This document shows, one piece after another, positions 1-14,165 of a stretch of DNA of 64,000 bases; within the stretch, counting starts at the first letter, position 1, and each line of letters opens with the position of its first letter. A program made the translations under genes and the position numbers. The notes beneath the pieces are model-generated. The model searched no databases. It saw only the letters and a list, made by a program, of their open reading frames with translations, and was not told the DNA's origin. The DNA lies in the NCBI GenBank assembly GCA_964016885.1, contig OZ024743.1, forward strand, positions 305,536,001 to 305,600,000. Reading direction: 5' to 3'. This stretch comes from Eledone cirrhosa. Its lineage: Eukaryota.

Positions 1-779
1 AAGGGAGAATGGTAGTAAATGAATGAGTGAATGAATGGATGCGTGAGAAAACAAGTTGTTCCCAGCGGAACGACCCAAAGTTCAGCACGCACACAAACTT
101 AGCAGTTTGTCATAGGACCTAGTTGCTGGTGGTGAGTCACTGATGCTGGTGTTGGCTTCCTCTTGTTAATGGTAGAGTTGTTGTTGTTACTGACACTGTT
201 GTCGTCGTTGCCTTCCTATTGTTAATGGTGAAGATATAGAGCGAAATACAAAATCGACCAGCAGAAAATTATATAAAAAATGTTTCTAGAAATAAAAGTC
301 AGCATTTCTGTCTGGGATATAAATATTTGTTTTACATTTTCGCAAACATCGTAACGATATTCTCAAAGGACGCGCTTACGGTATTTGAATATGAACTGAA
401 CCGTCGTGTCATTTAATTTGAATAGTGGAGCAAAGTAAAAGGAGAATAGTGAATTTGGAGTGTCAATCCCTTGTGATTTTTTTTTTTTAATACCGGACAT
501 AGTTTTCCAGGATTTATAGACGCATTTTTTTTTTTTTTCCTTCAAAAGGATGGAGGCGTTAATGAAAGGTCTCTATCATTTTCAGTCGTGTCCAACTTTA
601 TTGTAGAATGTAAAGCATCTGATACACACATGATGTAAACTATAGATAGAATGGATATCGTCTTCATGCATGCATAAATATAAAAAATTAAATGTCATAA
701 CTTATATATTTAATGAAAGTAGATGTCATAAGCAATGCAGAAAAAAAAGAAAAGAAACTACTTCAAAGGCGATGCGTGT

Positions 780-852
780 TGAGATTTACAGGAGTCGAAC
801 ATACGACTCCCAGTTTCCTAGTCTAGTACGATAGCCAAGGACCCACATATGT
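780..852 (-). pseudogene. tRNA-like / SINE-head Pol III element (one per array unit; e.g. also ~9595-9666)
   Basis: The minus strand has an A-box-like TGGGTCCTTGG (TGGGTCAGTGG in unit 5) and a B-box GTTCGACTCC at canonical tRNA spacing, followed ~30 nt later by an oligo-T run. The stems pair poorly. Confidence 0.55.
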
Positions 853-1427
853 CTACTGAATTTGCGGCTCACAATTTAAATTACTATAGATAATATTTTA
901 GACAGTACAATCTTGGAAAGTGTTTCTAATTATTTCGTATTGATTACCAAATTTTGCCCACTATTGGAGAAGTAATTTAATTTCAATTGGTCTATAACAA
1001 GTCTTATGTTTGTTAGACTCATTCATAAAATACGCATCTAATCAATTTTAGTCATTATTTACTCGATAGTTTAAAACATTTGCTAAGCATTCATACTCCC
1101 AAATTAACCACAAAGAGAGTGTGTTAAGAAACCAGGTGGACCATTACAAAGCAGAGAACTCGATACTTAGGGTAGTAGAGTGGCTGAGCTCCGGCCGTTT
1201 TCACAGCTAGATCAGAAAAGAGATCGGATCTAGCTGTCGAAACGGCTTTAGCTGCTCAGCCTTCGGGATCCTGATTCTTTTCCTACTCCCAAATTAATAT
1301 AGATGGGGAAACCTGAAATACTGCTATTCTTCTACACTTCATTTGTCCAATTTCACATGAACCCCATTTATAAACTATTTTCTCATATATCAGTTTATAT
1401 TTGTGAAACGTTGTCAAGACTTTACGT

Positions 1428-1514
1428 GACAAGGTGGCCGAGTGTTTAAGGCGGTATAATCCTAAGCCATTGCTTACTTACAATTTTAGTTTCGTTCGGT
1501 CCGTATCTTCGTCG
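1428..1514 (+). pseudogene. tRNA-Ser(GCT)-derived pseudogene, array copy 1
   Basis: The 5' GACAAGGTGGCCGAGTGTTTAAGGCG and 3' GTTCGGTCCGTATCTTCGTCG ends match the metazoan tRNA-Ser-GCT ends (GACGAGGTGGCCGAGTGGTTAAGGCG...GTTCGAATCCCATCCTCGTCG) at near tRNA spacing (87 nt). The anticodon and T stems are broken. Confidence 0.75.
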
Positions 1515-3537
1515 AAGCTTTATTTACATTTTTACATTTCATCTGATATCTTTATTTTCTTTTATCTTCAAGTCATCAACAGTTCGTTTAGAATTTGTCA
1601 TTTTCTTTCATTCGATCACGCATTTTATTTTTCTCTAATGGACGTTTCCTCATATATATTTTCAACTTTCTCTCAGTCTAAGTTTTTATCATGTCTAGTT
1701 CAAGACTCAATGCAGCTATTACGCGAGAACGCATAAGTGCAATTGATACAATGATATATTATATGCGGAGACATTTATATAGTTTCTTTGATATCTTCTC
1801 AAATATATAAAGAAACTATAACGTAATATTTACTTTGAACAAACAAAAACAGGTAACGTGGCTTTCAATATAAGTACCTCGCCTCGTTAAGAAGCATTCA
1901 AATGTTAGACAAAAGTCCTAAGCATTCGATTTCCATACGAAATTACCGAAAGACGCCTTTACACACAATCACTCTAACTATTAAACCAGATGCCTTAACA
2001 CATTTTAATACGAATGCAATAAGAATGTTTTAACGAATATGGAGCTGTAAAAAATATATACGTATATACCAGCTCGGAACACAAACGAACCAAATCTACA
2101 CCATCACTGTGTCTATCCATCTCTCACCATTATGATTATATGGGCTTTCCAGCCGATTTTATAACAACTAAACGAATTCATCCAATCTAAATTTACAAAT
2201 TATTATTATGACGTCATAAGAAAGAAGTTAACTAAACATTTCATGCAAAGGTAATGGCTATTCTCAAAGTGTTACCTTTCATTAGCAGACATTACTTTCG
2301 ACAGTGGTGGTTATACTGCAATACAATTAGTGTCTAGAATAAGAATTTCAGCATAAGATAGAGACGGTTTTGTTGGAATGAATTTCATTGTCACGTAAGT
2401 TGACTGTACTCATGTGAAATCCTGCAATAATGACTCCATCTAAATATGGAAATATTCGCTTTTAACTACTTCATCAAATCAAATAAATATTTATATATAA
2501 GCAGTGAAAGATTTATAAACGGAACGAAGTATGTGGATATGTGTTGCTATATTTTATCGTCTACAGAGAAAGTTCGATGTGATTGCGAATGCTTTCCTTC
2601 ATTTTTAACAATACAATAGCATTGTATTTTCAATTTTCACTATTTGCTTTTACTCACACTATCCCTATTTGTTAATGAAATGTCTCTATCATTTTCAGGA
2701 GCGTTCAACATTTATTGGAGAATGTAAAGAATCTGATACACACATGATGTAAACTATAGATAGAATGGATATCGTCTTCATTCATGCATAAATATAAATA
2801 ATAAATGTCATAACTTATATATTTAATGAAAGTAGATGTCATAAGCAATGCCGAAAAAAAAAAAAAGAAAAGAAACTATTTCAAAGGCGATGCGTGTTGA
2901 GATTTACAGGAGTCGAACATATGACTCCCAGTTTCCTACGATAGCCAATGACCCACACATGTCTACTGAATTTGCGGCTCACAATTTAAATTACTATAGA
3001 TAATATTTTAGACAGTACAATCTTGGAAAGTGTTTCTAATTATTTCGTATTGATTACCAAATTTTGCCCACTATTGGAGAAGTAATTTAATTTCAATTGG
3101 TCTATAAAAAGTCTTATATTTGTTAGACTCATTCATAAAATACGCATCCAATCAATTTTAGTTATTATTTACTCGATAGTTTAAAACATTTGCTAAGCAT
3201 TCATACTCCCAAATTAACCACAAAGAGATTGTGTTAAGAAACCAGGTGGACCATTACAAAGCAGAGAACTCGATACTTAGGGTAGTAGAGTGGCTGAGCT
3301 CCGGCCGTTTTCACAGCTAGATCAGAAAAGAGTTTGGATCTAGCTGTCGAAACGGCTTTAGCTGCTCAGCCGTCAGGATCTTGATGCTTTTACTACTCCC
3401 AAAGTAATATAGATGAGGAAACCAGAAATACTGCTATTCTTCTACCCTTCATTTGTCCAATTTCACATGAATCCCATTTATAAACTATTTTCTCATATAT
3501 CAGTTTATATTTGTGAAACGTTGTCAAGACTTTACGT

Positions 3538-3624
3538 GACGAGGTGGCCGAGTGTTTAAGGCGGTATAATCCTCAGCCATTGCTTACTTACAATTTTAGT
3601 TCCGTTCGGTCCGTATCTTCGTCG
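3538..3624 (+). pseudogene. tRNA-Ser(GCT)-derived pseudogene, array copy 2
   Basis: The acceptor stem GACGAGG/CTTCGTC pairs fully (one G-U) with discriminator G, and the D-arm GCC...GGC is kept. The anticodon stem is disrupted. Confidence 0.75.
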
Positions 3625-5646
3625 AAGCTTTATTTACATTTTTACATTTCATCTGATATCTTTATTTTCTTTTATCTTCTAGTCATCATCAGTTCGTTTA
3701 GAATTTGTCATTTCCTTTCATTCGATCACGCATTTTAATCTTCTCTAATGGACGTTTCCTAATACATATTTTCAAATTCCTCTCAGTCTAAGTTTTTATC
3801 ATGTCTAGTTCAAGACTCAATGCAGCTATTACGCGAGAACGCATAAGTGCAATTGATACAATGATATATTATATGCGGAGACATTTATATAGTTTCTTTG
3901 ATATCTTCTCAAATATATCAAGAAACTATAACGTAATATTTACTTTGAACAAACACAAACAGGTAATGTTGCTTTCTATATAAGTACCTCGCCTCGTTAA
4001 GAAGCATTCAAATGTTAGACAAAAGTCCTAAGCATTCGATTTCCATACGAAATTACCGAAAGCAGCCTTTACACACTATCACTAACTATTAAGCCATATG
4101 CCTTTACACATTTGAATACGAATGCAATAAGAATGTTTTAACGAATATGGAGCTGTAAAAAATATATACGTATATACCAGCTCGGAACACAAACGAACCA
4201 TCACTGTGTCACCCGGTCTATCCATCTCTCACCATTATGATTATATGGGCTTTCCAGCCGATTCTATAACAACTAAACGAATTCATCCAATCTAAATTTA
4301 CAAATTATTATTGTGACGTCATAAGAAAGAAGTTAACTAAACATGTCATGCAAAGGTAATGGCTATTCTCAAAGGGTTACCTTTCATTAGCAGACATTAA
4401 TTCGGACGGTGGTGGTTATACTGCAACACAATTAGTGTCTAGAATAAGAATTTCAGCATAAGATAGGGACGGTTTCGTTGGAATGAATTTCATTGTCACG
4501 TAAGTTGACTGTACTCATGTGAAATCCTGCAATAATGACTCCATCTAAATATGGAAATATTCGCTTTTAACTACTTCATCAAATAAAATAAATCTTTATA
4601 TATAAGCAGTGAAAGATTATAAACGGAACGAAGTATGTGGATATGTGAAGCTATATTTTATCGTCTACAGAGAAAGTTCGATGTGATTGCGAATGCTTTC
4701 CTTCATTTTAACAATACAATAGCATTGTATATTCAATTTTCACTATTCGCTTTTACTCACACTATCCCTATTTGTTAATGAAATGTCTCTATCATTTTCA
4801 GGAGCGTTCACCATTTATTGGAGAATGTAAAGAATCTGATACACACATGATATAAACTATAGATAGAATGGATATCGTCTTCATGCATGCATAAATATAA
4901 ATAATAAATGTCATAACTTATATATTTAATGAAAGTAGATGTCATAAGCAATGCCGAAAAAAAAGAGAAAAAGAAACTACTTCAAAGGCGATGCGTGTTG
5001 AGATTTACAGGAGTCGAACATATGACTCCCAGTTTCCTAGTCTAGTACGATAGCCAAGGACCCACACATGTCTACTGAATTTGCGGCTCACAATTTAAAT
5101 TACTATAGATAATATTTTAGACAGTACAATCTTGGAAAGTGTTTCTAATTATTTCGTATTGATTACCAAATTTTGCCCACTATTGGAGAAGTAATTTAAT
5201 TTCAATTGGTCTATAACAAGTCTTATGTTTGTTAGACTCATTCATAAAATACGCATCTAATCAATTTTAGTTATTATTTACTCGATAGTTTAAAACATTT
5301 GCTAAGCATTCATACTCCCAAATTAACCACAAAGAGAGTGTGTTAAGAAACCAGGTGGACCATTACAAAGCAGATAACTCGATACTTAGGGTAGTAGAGT
5401 GGCTGAGCTCCGGCCGTTTTCACAGCTAGATCAGAAAAGAGTTCGGATCTAGCTGTCGAAAGGGCTCTAGCTGCTTAGCCGTCGGGATTTTGATTCTTTT
5501 ACTACTCCCAAATTAATATAGATGGGGAAACCTGAAATACTGCTATTCTTCTGCCCTTCATTTGTCCAATCTCACATGAATCCCAATTATAAACTATTTT
5601 CTCATATATCAGTTTATATTGGTGAAACGTTGTCAAGACTTTACTT

Positions 5647-5733
5647 GACGAGGTGGCCGAGTGTTTAAGGCGGTATAATCCTAAGCCATTGCTTACTTAC
5701 AATTTTAGTTTCGTTCGGTCCGTATCTTCGTCG
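5647..5733 (+). pseudogene. tRNA-Ser(GCT)-derived pseudogene, array copy 3
   Basis: Same 87-nt sequence as copies 1-2. Confidence 0.75.
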
Positions 5734-8064
5734 AAGCTTTATTTACATTTTTACATTTCATCTGATATCTTTATTTTCTTTTATCTTCTAGTCATCATCA
5801 GTTCGTTTAGAATTTGTCATTTCCATTCATTTGATCACGAATTTTATTTTTCTCTAATGGACGTTTCCTAATATATATTTTCAACTTTCTCTCAGTCTAA
5901 GTTTTTATCATGTCTAGTTCAAGACTCAATGCAGCTATTACGCGAGAACGCATAAGTGCAATTGATACAATGATATATTATATGCAGAGACATTTATATA
6001 GTTTCTTTGATATCTTCTCAAATATATCAAGAAACTATAAAGTAATATTTACTTTGAACAAACAAAAACAGGTAATGTGACTTTAAATATAAGTAATATG
6101 TAAATACAGAGATACAGACTAAGTACGAAATTAAGAAGCATTCAAAGGTTAGACAAATGTCCTATGCATTCGATTTCCATACGAAATTATCGAAAGAATC
6201 CTTTACACACTATCACTCTAAATATTAAGCCATATGCCTTTACATATTTGAATACGAATGCAATCAGAATTGTTTAACGAATATGGAGCTGTAAAAGATA
6301 TATACATATATACCAGTTCGGAACACAAACGAACCAAATGTACACCACCACTGTCTCTCCCGCTCTCTCCATCCCTCACCAATATTATTATATGGGCTTT
6401 CCAGCCGATTCTATTCCACTCAATTTGTCAGATATATTGATAACAACTAAACGAATTCATCCAATCTAAATTTATAAATTGTTATTGTGACGTCATAAGA
6501 AAGAAGTTAACTATATTACGCAAGAATGCAATAAGAATGTTTTAACGAATATGGAGCTGTAAAAAATATATACGTATATACCAGCTCGGAACACAAACGA
6601 ACCAAATCTACACCATCACTGTGTCACCCGGTGTATCCATCTCTCACCATTATGATTATATAGGCTTTCAAAGCCGATTCTATAACAACTAAACGAATTC
6701 ATCCAATCTAAATTTACAAATTATTATTGTGACGTCATAAGAAAGAAGTTAACTAAACATTTCATGCAAAGGTAATGGCTATTCTCAAAGTGTTACCTTT
6801 CATTAGCAGACATTAATTCGGACGGTGGTGGTTATACTGCAATACAATTAGTGTCTAGAATAAGAATTTCAGCATAAGATAGAGACGGTTTTGTTGGAAT
6901 GAATTTCATTGTCACGTAAGTTGACTGTACTCATGTGAAATCCTGCAATAATGACTCCATCTAAATATGGAAATATCCGCTTTTAACTACTTCATCAAAT
7001 CAAATAAATCTTTATATATAAGCAGTGAAAGATTTATAAACGGAACGAAGTATGTGGATATGTGTAGCTATATGTTATCGTCTACAGAGAAGGTTCGATG
7101 TGATTGCGAATGCTTTCCTTCATTTTAACAATACAATAGCATTGTACTTTCAATTTTCACTATTTGCTTCTACTCACACTATCCCTATTTGTTAATGAAA
7201 TGTCTCTATCATTTTCAGGAGCGTTCACCATTTATTGTAGAATGTAAAGAATCTGATACACACATGATGTAAACTATAGATAGAATGGATATCGTCTTCA
7301 TGCATTCATAAATATAAATAATAAATGTCATAACTTATATATTTAATGAAAGTAGATGTCATAAGCAATGCCGAAAAAAAAAAAAAAAAAGAAACTGCTT
7401 CAAAGGCGATGCGTGTTGAGATTTACAGGAGTCGAACATATGACTCCCAGTTTCCTAGTCTAGTACGATAGCCAATGACCCACACATGTCTACTGAATTT
7501 GCGGCTCACAATTTAAATTACTATAGATAATATTTTAGACAGTACAATCTTGGAAAGTGTTTCTAATTATTTCGTATTGATTACCAAATTTTGCCCACTA
7601 TTGGAGAAGTAATTTAATTTCAATTGGTCTATAAAAAGTCTTATGTTTGTTAGACTCATTCATAAAATACGCATCTAATCAATTTTAGTTATTATTTACT
7701 CGATAGTTTAAAACATTTGCTAAGCATTCATACTCCCAAATTAACCACAAAGAGAGTGTGTTAAGAAACCAGGTGGACCATTACAAAGCAGATAACTCGA
7801 TACTTAGGGTAGTAGAGTGGCTGAGCTCCGGCCGTTTTCACAGCTAGATCAGAAAAGAGTTCGGATCTAGCTGTCGAAAGGCTTTTAGCTGCTCAGCCGT
7901 CGGGATCTTGATTCTTTTACTACTCCCAAATTAATATAGATGGGGAAACCTGAAATACTGCTATTCTTCTACCCTTCATTTGTCCAATTTCACATGAATC
8001 CCATTTATAAACTATTTTCTCATGTATCAGTTTATATTGGTGAAACGTTGTCAAGACTTTACGT

Positions 8065-8151
8065 GACGAGGTGGCCGAGTGTTTAAGGCGGTATAATCCT
8101 AAGCCATTGCTTACTTACAATTTTAGTTCCGTTCGGTCCGTATCTTCGTCG
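8065..8151 (+). pseudogene. tRNA-Ser(GCT)-derived pseudogene, array copy 4
   Basis: Same 87-nt sequence. Confidence 0.75.
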
Positions 8152-10190
8152 AAGCTTTATTTACATTTTTACATTTCATCTGATATCTTTATTTTCTTTT
8201 ATCTTCTAGTCATCATCAGTTCGTTTAGAATTTGTCATTTCCATTCATTTGATCACGAATTTTATTTTTCTCTAATGGACGTTTCCTAATATATATTTTC
8301 AACTTTTTCTCAGTCTAAGTTTTTATCATGTCTAGTTCAAGACTCAATGCAGCTATTACGCGAGAACGCATAAGTGCAATTGATACAATGATATATTATA
8401 TGCGGAGACATTTATATAGTTTCTTTGATATCTTCTCAAATATATGAAGAAACTATAATGTAATATTTACTTTGAACAAACAAAAACAGGTAATGTGGCT
8501 TTAAATATAAGTAATATGAAAATACAGAGATACAGACTAAGTACGAAATTAAGAAGCATTCAAAGGTTAGACAAAAGTCCTATGCATTCGATTTCCATAC
8601 GAAATTACCGAAAGAAGCCTTTACACACTATCACTAACTATTAAGCCATATGCCTTTACATATTTGAATACGAATGCAATAAGAATTTTTTAACGAATAT
8701 GGAGCTGTAAAATATATTTACATATATACCAGTTCGGAACACAAACGAACCAAATGTACACCACCACTGTCTCTCCCGCTCTCTCCATCCCTCACCATTA
8801 TGATTATATGGGCTTTCCAGCCGATTCTATTCCACTCAATTTGTCAGATATATTGATAACAACTAAACGAATTCATCCAATCCAAATTTACAAATTGTTA
8901 TTGTGACGTCATAAGAAAGAAGTTAACTAAACATTTCACGCAAAGGTAATGGCTATTCTCAAAGTGTTACCTTTTATTAGCAGACATTAATCCGGACGGT
9001 GGTGGTTATACTGCAATACAATTAGTGTCTAGAATAAGAATTTCAGCATAAGATAGGCACGGTTTTGTTTGAATGAATTTCATTGTCACGTAAGTTGACT
9101 GTATTCATGGGAAATTCTGCAATAATGACTCCATCTAAATATGGAAATATTTGCTTTTAACTACTTCATCAAATCAAATAAATCTTTATATATAAGCAGT
9201 GAAAGATTTATAAACGGAACGAAGTATGTGGATATGTGTAGCTATATTTTATCGTCTACAGAGAAGATTCGATGTGATTGCGAATGCTTTCCTTCATTTT
9301 TAACAATACAATAGCATCGTATTTTCAATTTTCACTATTTTCTTTTACTCACACTATTCTTATTTGTTAATGAAATGTCTCTATCATTTTCAGTAGTGTC
9401 CAACATTTATTGTAGAATATAAAGAATCTGATACACACATGATGTAAACTATAGCTAGAATGGACATCGTCTTCATGCATTCATAAATATAAATAATTAA
9501 ATGTCATAACTACTATATTTAATGAAAGTAGATGTCATAAGAAATGCCGGAAAAAAAAAAAAGAAAAGCATCTACTTCAACAGCGAAGCGTGTTGAGGTT
9601 GACAGGTGTCGAATACCTGAACACCAATTTCCATGTCTACTACGCTAGCCACTGACCCACAATTGACTACTGAATTTTAGTCTGACAATATAAATTACTA
9701 TAGATAATATTTTAGACAGTACAATCTTTGAAAGTGTTTCTAATTATTTCGTATTGATTACCAAATTTTGCCCACTATTGGAGAAGTAATTTAATTTCAC
9801 TTGGTCTATAACAAGTCTTATGTTAGACTCACTCATAAAATTTGTATCCAATCAATTTTAGTTATTATTTACTCGATAGTTTAAAACATTTCCTAAACAT
9901 ACATACTCTCAAATTAACAACAAAGAGAGTGTGGTAAGAAACCAGGTGGACCATTACAAAACAGAGAACTCGATACTTAGGGTAGTAGAGTGGCTGACCT
10001 CCGGCCGTTTTCATAGCTAGCTCAGAACTGAGTTCGATTCTTTTCCTACTCCCAAATTATTGTAGATGGGGAAACCTGAAATGCTGCTATTCTTCTACGC
10101 TTCATTTGTCCAATTTCACATGAATCCCATTTATAAACTATTTTCTCATATATCAGTTTATATTTGTGAAACGTTGTCAAGATTTTACGT

Positions 10191-10277
10191 GACGAGGTGG
10201 CCGAGTGTTTAAGGCGGTATAATCCTAAGCCATTGCTTACTTACAATTTTAGTTCCGTTCGGTACGTATCTTCGTCG
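10191..10277 (+). pseudogene. tRNA-Ser(GCT)-derived pseudogene, array copy 5
   Basis: Same 87-nt sequence. Confidence 0.75.
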
Positions 10278-10999
10278 AAGCTTTATTTACATTTTTACAT
10301 TTCATCTGATATTTTTATTTTATTTTATCTTCTAGTCATCAACAGTTCGTTTAGAATTTATCATTTCCTTTCATTCGATCACGCATTTTAATTTTCTCTA
10401 ATGGACGTTTCCTAATACATATTTTACACTTTTTCTCAGTCTAAGTTTTTATCATGCCTCGTTCAAGACTCAATGCAGCTATTACGCGAGAACTCATAAG
10501 TGCAATTGATACAATGATATATTATATGCGGTGACATTTATATAGTTTCTTTGATATCTTCTCAAATATATAAAGAAACTATAACGTAATATTTACTTTG
10601 AACAAACAAAAACAGGTAATGTGGCTTTCAATATAAGTACCTCGCCTCGTTAAGAAGCATTCAAATGTTAGACAAAAGTCCTAAGCATTCGATTTCCATA
10701 CGAAATTACCGAAAGCAGCCTTTACACACTATCACTCTAACTATTAAGCCATATGCCTTTACACATTTGAATACGAATGCAATAAGAATGTTTTACTGAA
10801 TATGGAGTTGTAAAAAATACATACATATATACCATATACTCAGCCGTCGGGACCCTGATTCTTTTCCTACTCCCAAATTAATATAGATGGGGAAACCTGA
10901 AATGCTGCTATTCTTCTACCCTTCATTTGTCCAATTTCACATGAATCCCAATTATAAATTATTTTCTCATATATCAGTTTATATATGTGAAACGTTGTC

Positions 11000-12600
11000 A
11001 GAAGATTTCGTCATCTATGCAGGTCTGGTGAATTGCAATTTTGAACATTTGCAGCTACCTCAGATGACAGATGACCAATTTAAATCATTGTTGTTTGCGT
11101 GTTACAGACATCAGAAGATGCTGATGTGTATTATTAATAGTTTGGAATAGTCACCAGACATGGAGTTACAAGACGTGACTACCGAATTCCAGCAGTTGGT
11201 GAATTTAAAGCATTATATAGTAATGGTAGATAAAAGTCATCCAAATTTAGCTGAAGCCATTTTACCTTCACAATGACAATAAAAATAAAAAATCTCATTG
11301 GGCACAATGAAAGATGCCTGACAGTACGCTGGCATTGTGGCAATTGGCATTATGCCCAATTTTGCAAAATTAGAAATTACAGATGTCACAATTGTTGTGT
11401 TATCTTGAAAATTAGTGTTGCGTCACTATCTATTGTTGAATAGAAAAACAGATATCAAGGGGAAGACACAAACATCAAATTCGTACACAATTCACATCGG
11501 CTGATGCACCACCAAAACGAAGACATGTCTAGTTACTCGTTAACAGTAAACGGGTCCACTTTAGTTAGACACGGCTTCTGACATTACTCTAATTTCAAGA
11601 CAAACTTGGCGGTATATTGGTCGGCCTAAAATTGTAGCCATAACTAAAACTACACAAATTATATCTGGAAACTGACTAAATATTTGTAGCCAAATTAACT
11701 CCAACGTCAAGTTTGAAAGAGACAAAGATCAATGATATTTGTTATGTGATGAACAATATAAATTTGGATCTTTTTGGTCTCAATTGGCTTGAAAATCTGT
11801 ACAGGTTGGACCAACAAATGAACGAAATTTGTAACCATATGCAGATACTATCTTCAGTAGAAACAAATATGCTGTTAAAATTAACTCAAAAATATTTGTC
11901 AGTGTTTGCAGATAGATTGGGGTTATGTACCAAATTTGAAGCTACCCTAATAATATGCCCAGAATCATGTCCAGTTTTTTGTCTAAAGTTTCCTGTGCTA
12001 CATGTAGCCCAGGCTTTGGTGGAGAAAGAATTCACCTGTCCACAACAGAGTGGAATTTTGACCTCACTGACTTATTCCACTTGGAAAGCACCAATTGTCG
12101 TGATCAAAGAGCTTAATAGGTTCTGCTGGACTAAATAGGTTTTCAGGACTAAACGAAGTACTTGATGATCCTCTGTATTCACTCCCTTTTCCAGATGACT
12201 TATTTGCAAAATTAAATAGGCGGAAAATTTTTGCAAAACTTGATTTAGCCGAGGCCGATTTGCAAATTTTGGTGGTTCAAAGTTCACAAGAATTACTAAC
12301 CAGGTGATACCGTACTTTTTTGCAACCATTGTAAACCAATAAGATGGACAACGGGAGTTATTATACACAAATGGGAAAGGTGATTTATGACATCCAAATT
12401 CGACAAAACAGCTGGACTAGATATATTAACCAGATGTGTTACAAAAACGAACTTTTACATCAATCTCAGCATGAATCACAGCTAACACTTGAAATCATTT
12501 TAGATACCTTTAATCTACCTGTGAAAACAATAGTCAAATATCAAACCAAACACTTTGACATTCTACTCACCAAAGAAAACTAGTATTGCCTCCGAAGGTA
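11000..12600 (+). mobile_element. Decayed Ty3/Gypsy LTR-retrotransposon (gag-protease-RT fragments)
   Basis: It contains a gag-like EDFVIYAGLVN...TDDQFKSLLFAC, an aspartyl-protease motif LDTASDITLIS (~11564) and RT-start residues WKAPIVVIK, with many stops and frameshifts. Confidence 0.8.
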
Positions 12601-13794
12601 AACCCTTATCTCCGACCATATGACCAAGGACCTTTAGGTGGGGGTATTAGGAAGATCCACAGGCAAGAATCAAAATCATGACCTTCAAATTATCAAGGCT
12701 TTTTTACGAATGTAAAATAATCCACTTGGAGGAGGCAGATGTGCGAATATTTGACATGATTTCGACAAATCTACTATTGTCCAATCAGAGTATGACACAC
12801 ATGCATGTTCCAGAACATTCTGAAGTCTTGGCTGTATATAAACATAGAGGATATTTTTGTAGGTTTGTGGCGGATGGGTGGGGAATCGTACACCTTCAAA
12901 AGTTCAGTGTTTCAATATATATTCACTTGATCATCTTTTTTCTGTTCTCATTTCAATTGTTGAGAAAAATATAACAGGTATAATAGTTTTTCTCTTCATG
13001 TAGCATCAAAAGGACTGAAACTAGACTATGTAGGAGGCAGGTCCAGGAAAAAGAAACTTACAGGTAGAGTTGCTGATAGCCTACAAGAATGCCATGAATG
13101 ATATTGTCAGATATAAATGAAAACAAATGTCTCTGCAAATCTTGGGTAATATCTCATATTTTGAGTGATATCTCATATTTTGGGATGGCTATATTACAAT
13201 AAACTAGGAAAATTATATAGTACAGTTGAATAAATTGAGTCTGTTATTTCAATTACTAATACTTATTTGATAAAAATTCACCTAACATTTTTGCCACCTC
13301 CCCTATGATAGGCCTACCTGTATTTCTTAAAAGCTAGTTATATTATACATGAGCTATATGAAAAAAAAAAATATTTTAACAAAAGATTTCAGTGTGACAT
13401 TAAGAATTAAGTAGTATATATATATATATATATATAGTAAAGAAAGAAACAAAGGTTATAACTAAAAATAAAATGACAACATAACAAATTAGTTCATATC
13501 ACACTAATTTTTTTATTAAAATTGCAAAATTATTATGAAAATTATTATATAATCATAAATCATTTAAATTTGAAAATATAGTCACTGTAACGCAGATAAC
13601 AACAATAAGAGTTGATAATCAAATAATAGTTTGAAAAATTACCCCTGGAGACAGAAAAATGTGAACAGAAACACCTATGGTGAATCAAAACGTATGTGGT
13701 TGTATCCCCAGTTATATGCACCCTTACTTTAAAGAAAAAGGTTTGTGGGGTGAAAGTTTTATTATTATTATCATTATTAACATTATTATTATTT

Positions 13795-14165
13795 GCAGTG
13801 GATTGGCAGTATCAGTAGAGGGTTGGACGCCATGCTTTGCAGCAAAGAGTTACGGCCCTTTATGGTCTGAGTTCAAATCCCGCCGAGGTTAACTTTGCTT
13901 TTCATCCTGACGTGGTCGATAAAATAAAGTACCAGTAATACACTGGAATAATTGCTGGCCTTGTGCCAAAAATAGAAACAATTATTATTTGCAGCATAGT
14001 TACTGCCGTTTAAGTTCCGAGTTCAAATCCCACAGAAGTTAGCTTTGCCATCCATCCTTACAGGGTCGATAAAATATAAAGTACCAGTAATGCAATGAGG
14101 TCAATTTAATCGATTTTCCCCTTCCCCAAATTGCTGGCTTTGTGCCTATATAAGAAAGCCTTATT
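13795..14165 (+). mobile_element. Two tandem copies of a tRNA-derived SINE
   Basis: Shared core GAGTTCAAATCCC(G/A)C(C/A)GA(G/A)GTTA(A/G)CTTTGC...CATCC...GGTCGATAAAAT...AAAGTACCAGTAAT with a B-box. Other copies lie at ~14865-15030(-), 23155-23280(-), 47330-47440(-), 60525-60632(+) and 63520-63700(+). Confidence 0.85.

Larger units (their letters stand above)
558..11000. repeat. Tandem array of ~2.1 kb units (about 5 copies; unit starts ~558, 2671, 4773, 7191, 9366)
   Basis: The same sequence recurs, e.g. the 87-nt tRNA-like block GAC(A/G)AGGTGGCCGAGTG at 1428, 3538, 5647, 8065 and 10191 (spacings 2110, 2109, 2418, 2126). Unit 3 has an internal ~300 bp duplication. The array ends with a partial jump at ~10839-11000. 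Confidence 0.97.

Noticed and set aside
1434-1736. Repeated 'MAECLRRYNPKP' ORFs as a tandem gene family
   Set aside because: They start at a GTG inside the tRNA-Ser pseudogene, have variable stops between copies, and show no protein-like features.
558-11000. CRISPR array or rDNA/5S cluster
   Set aside because: There is no short repeat-spacer alternation, no rRNA or 5S similarity that I can recognise, and the context is eukaryotic.
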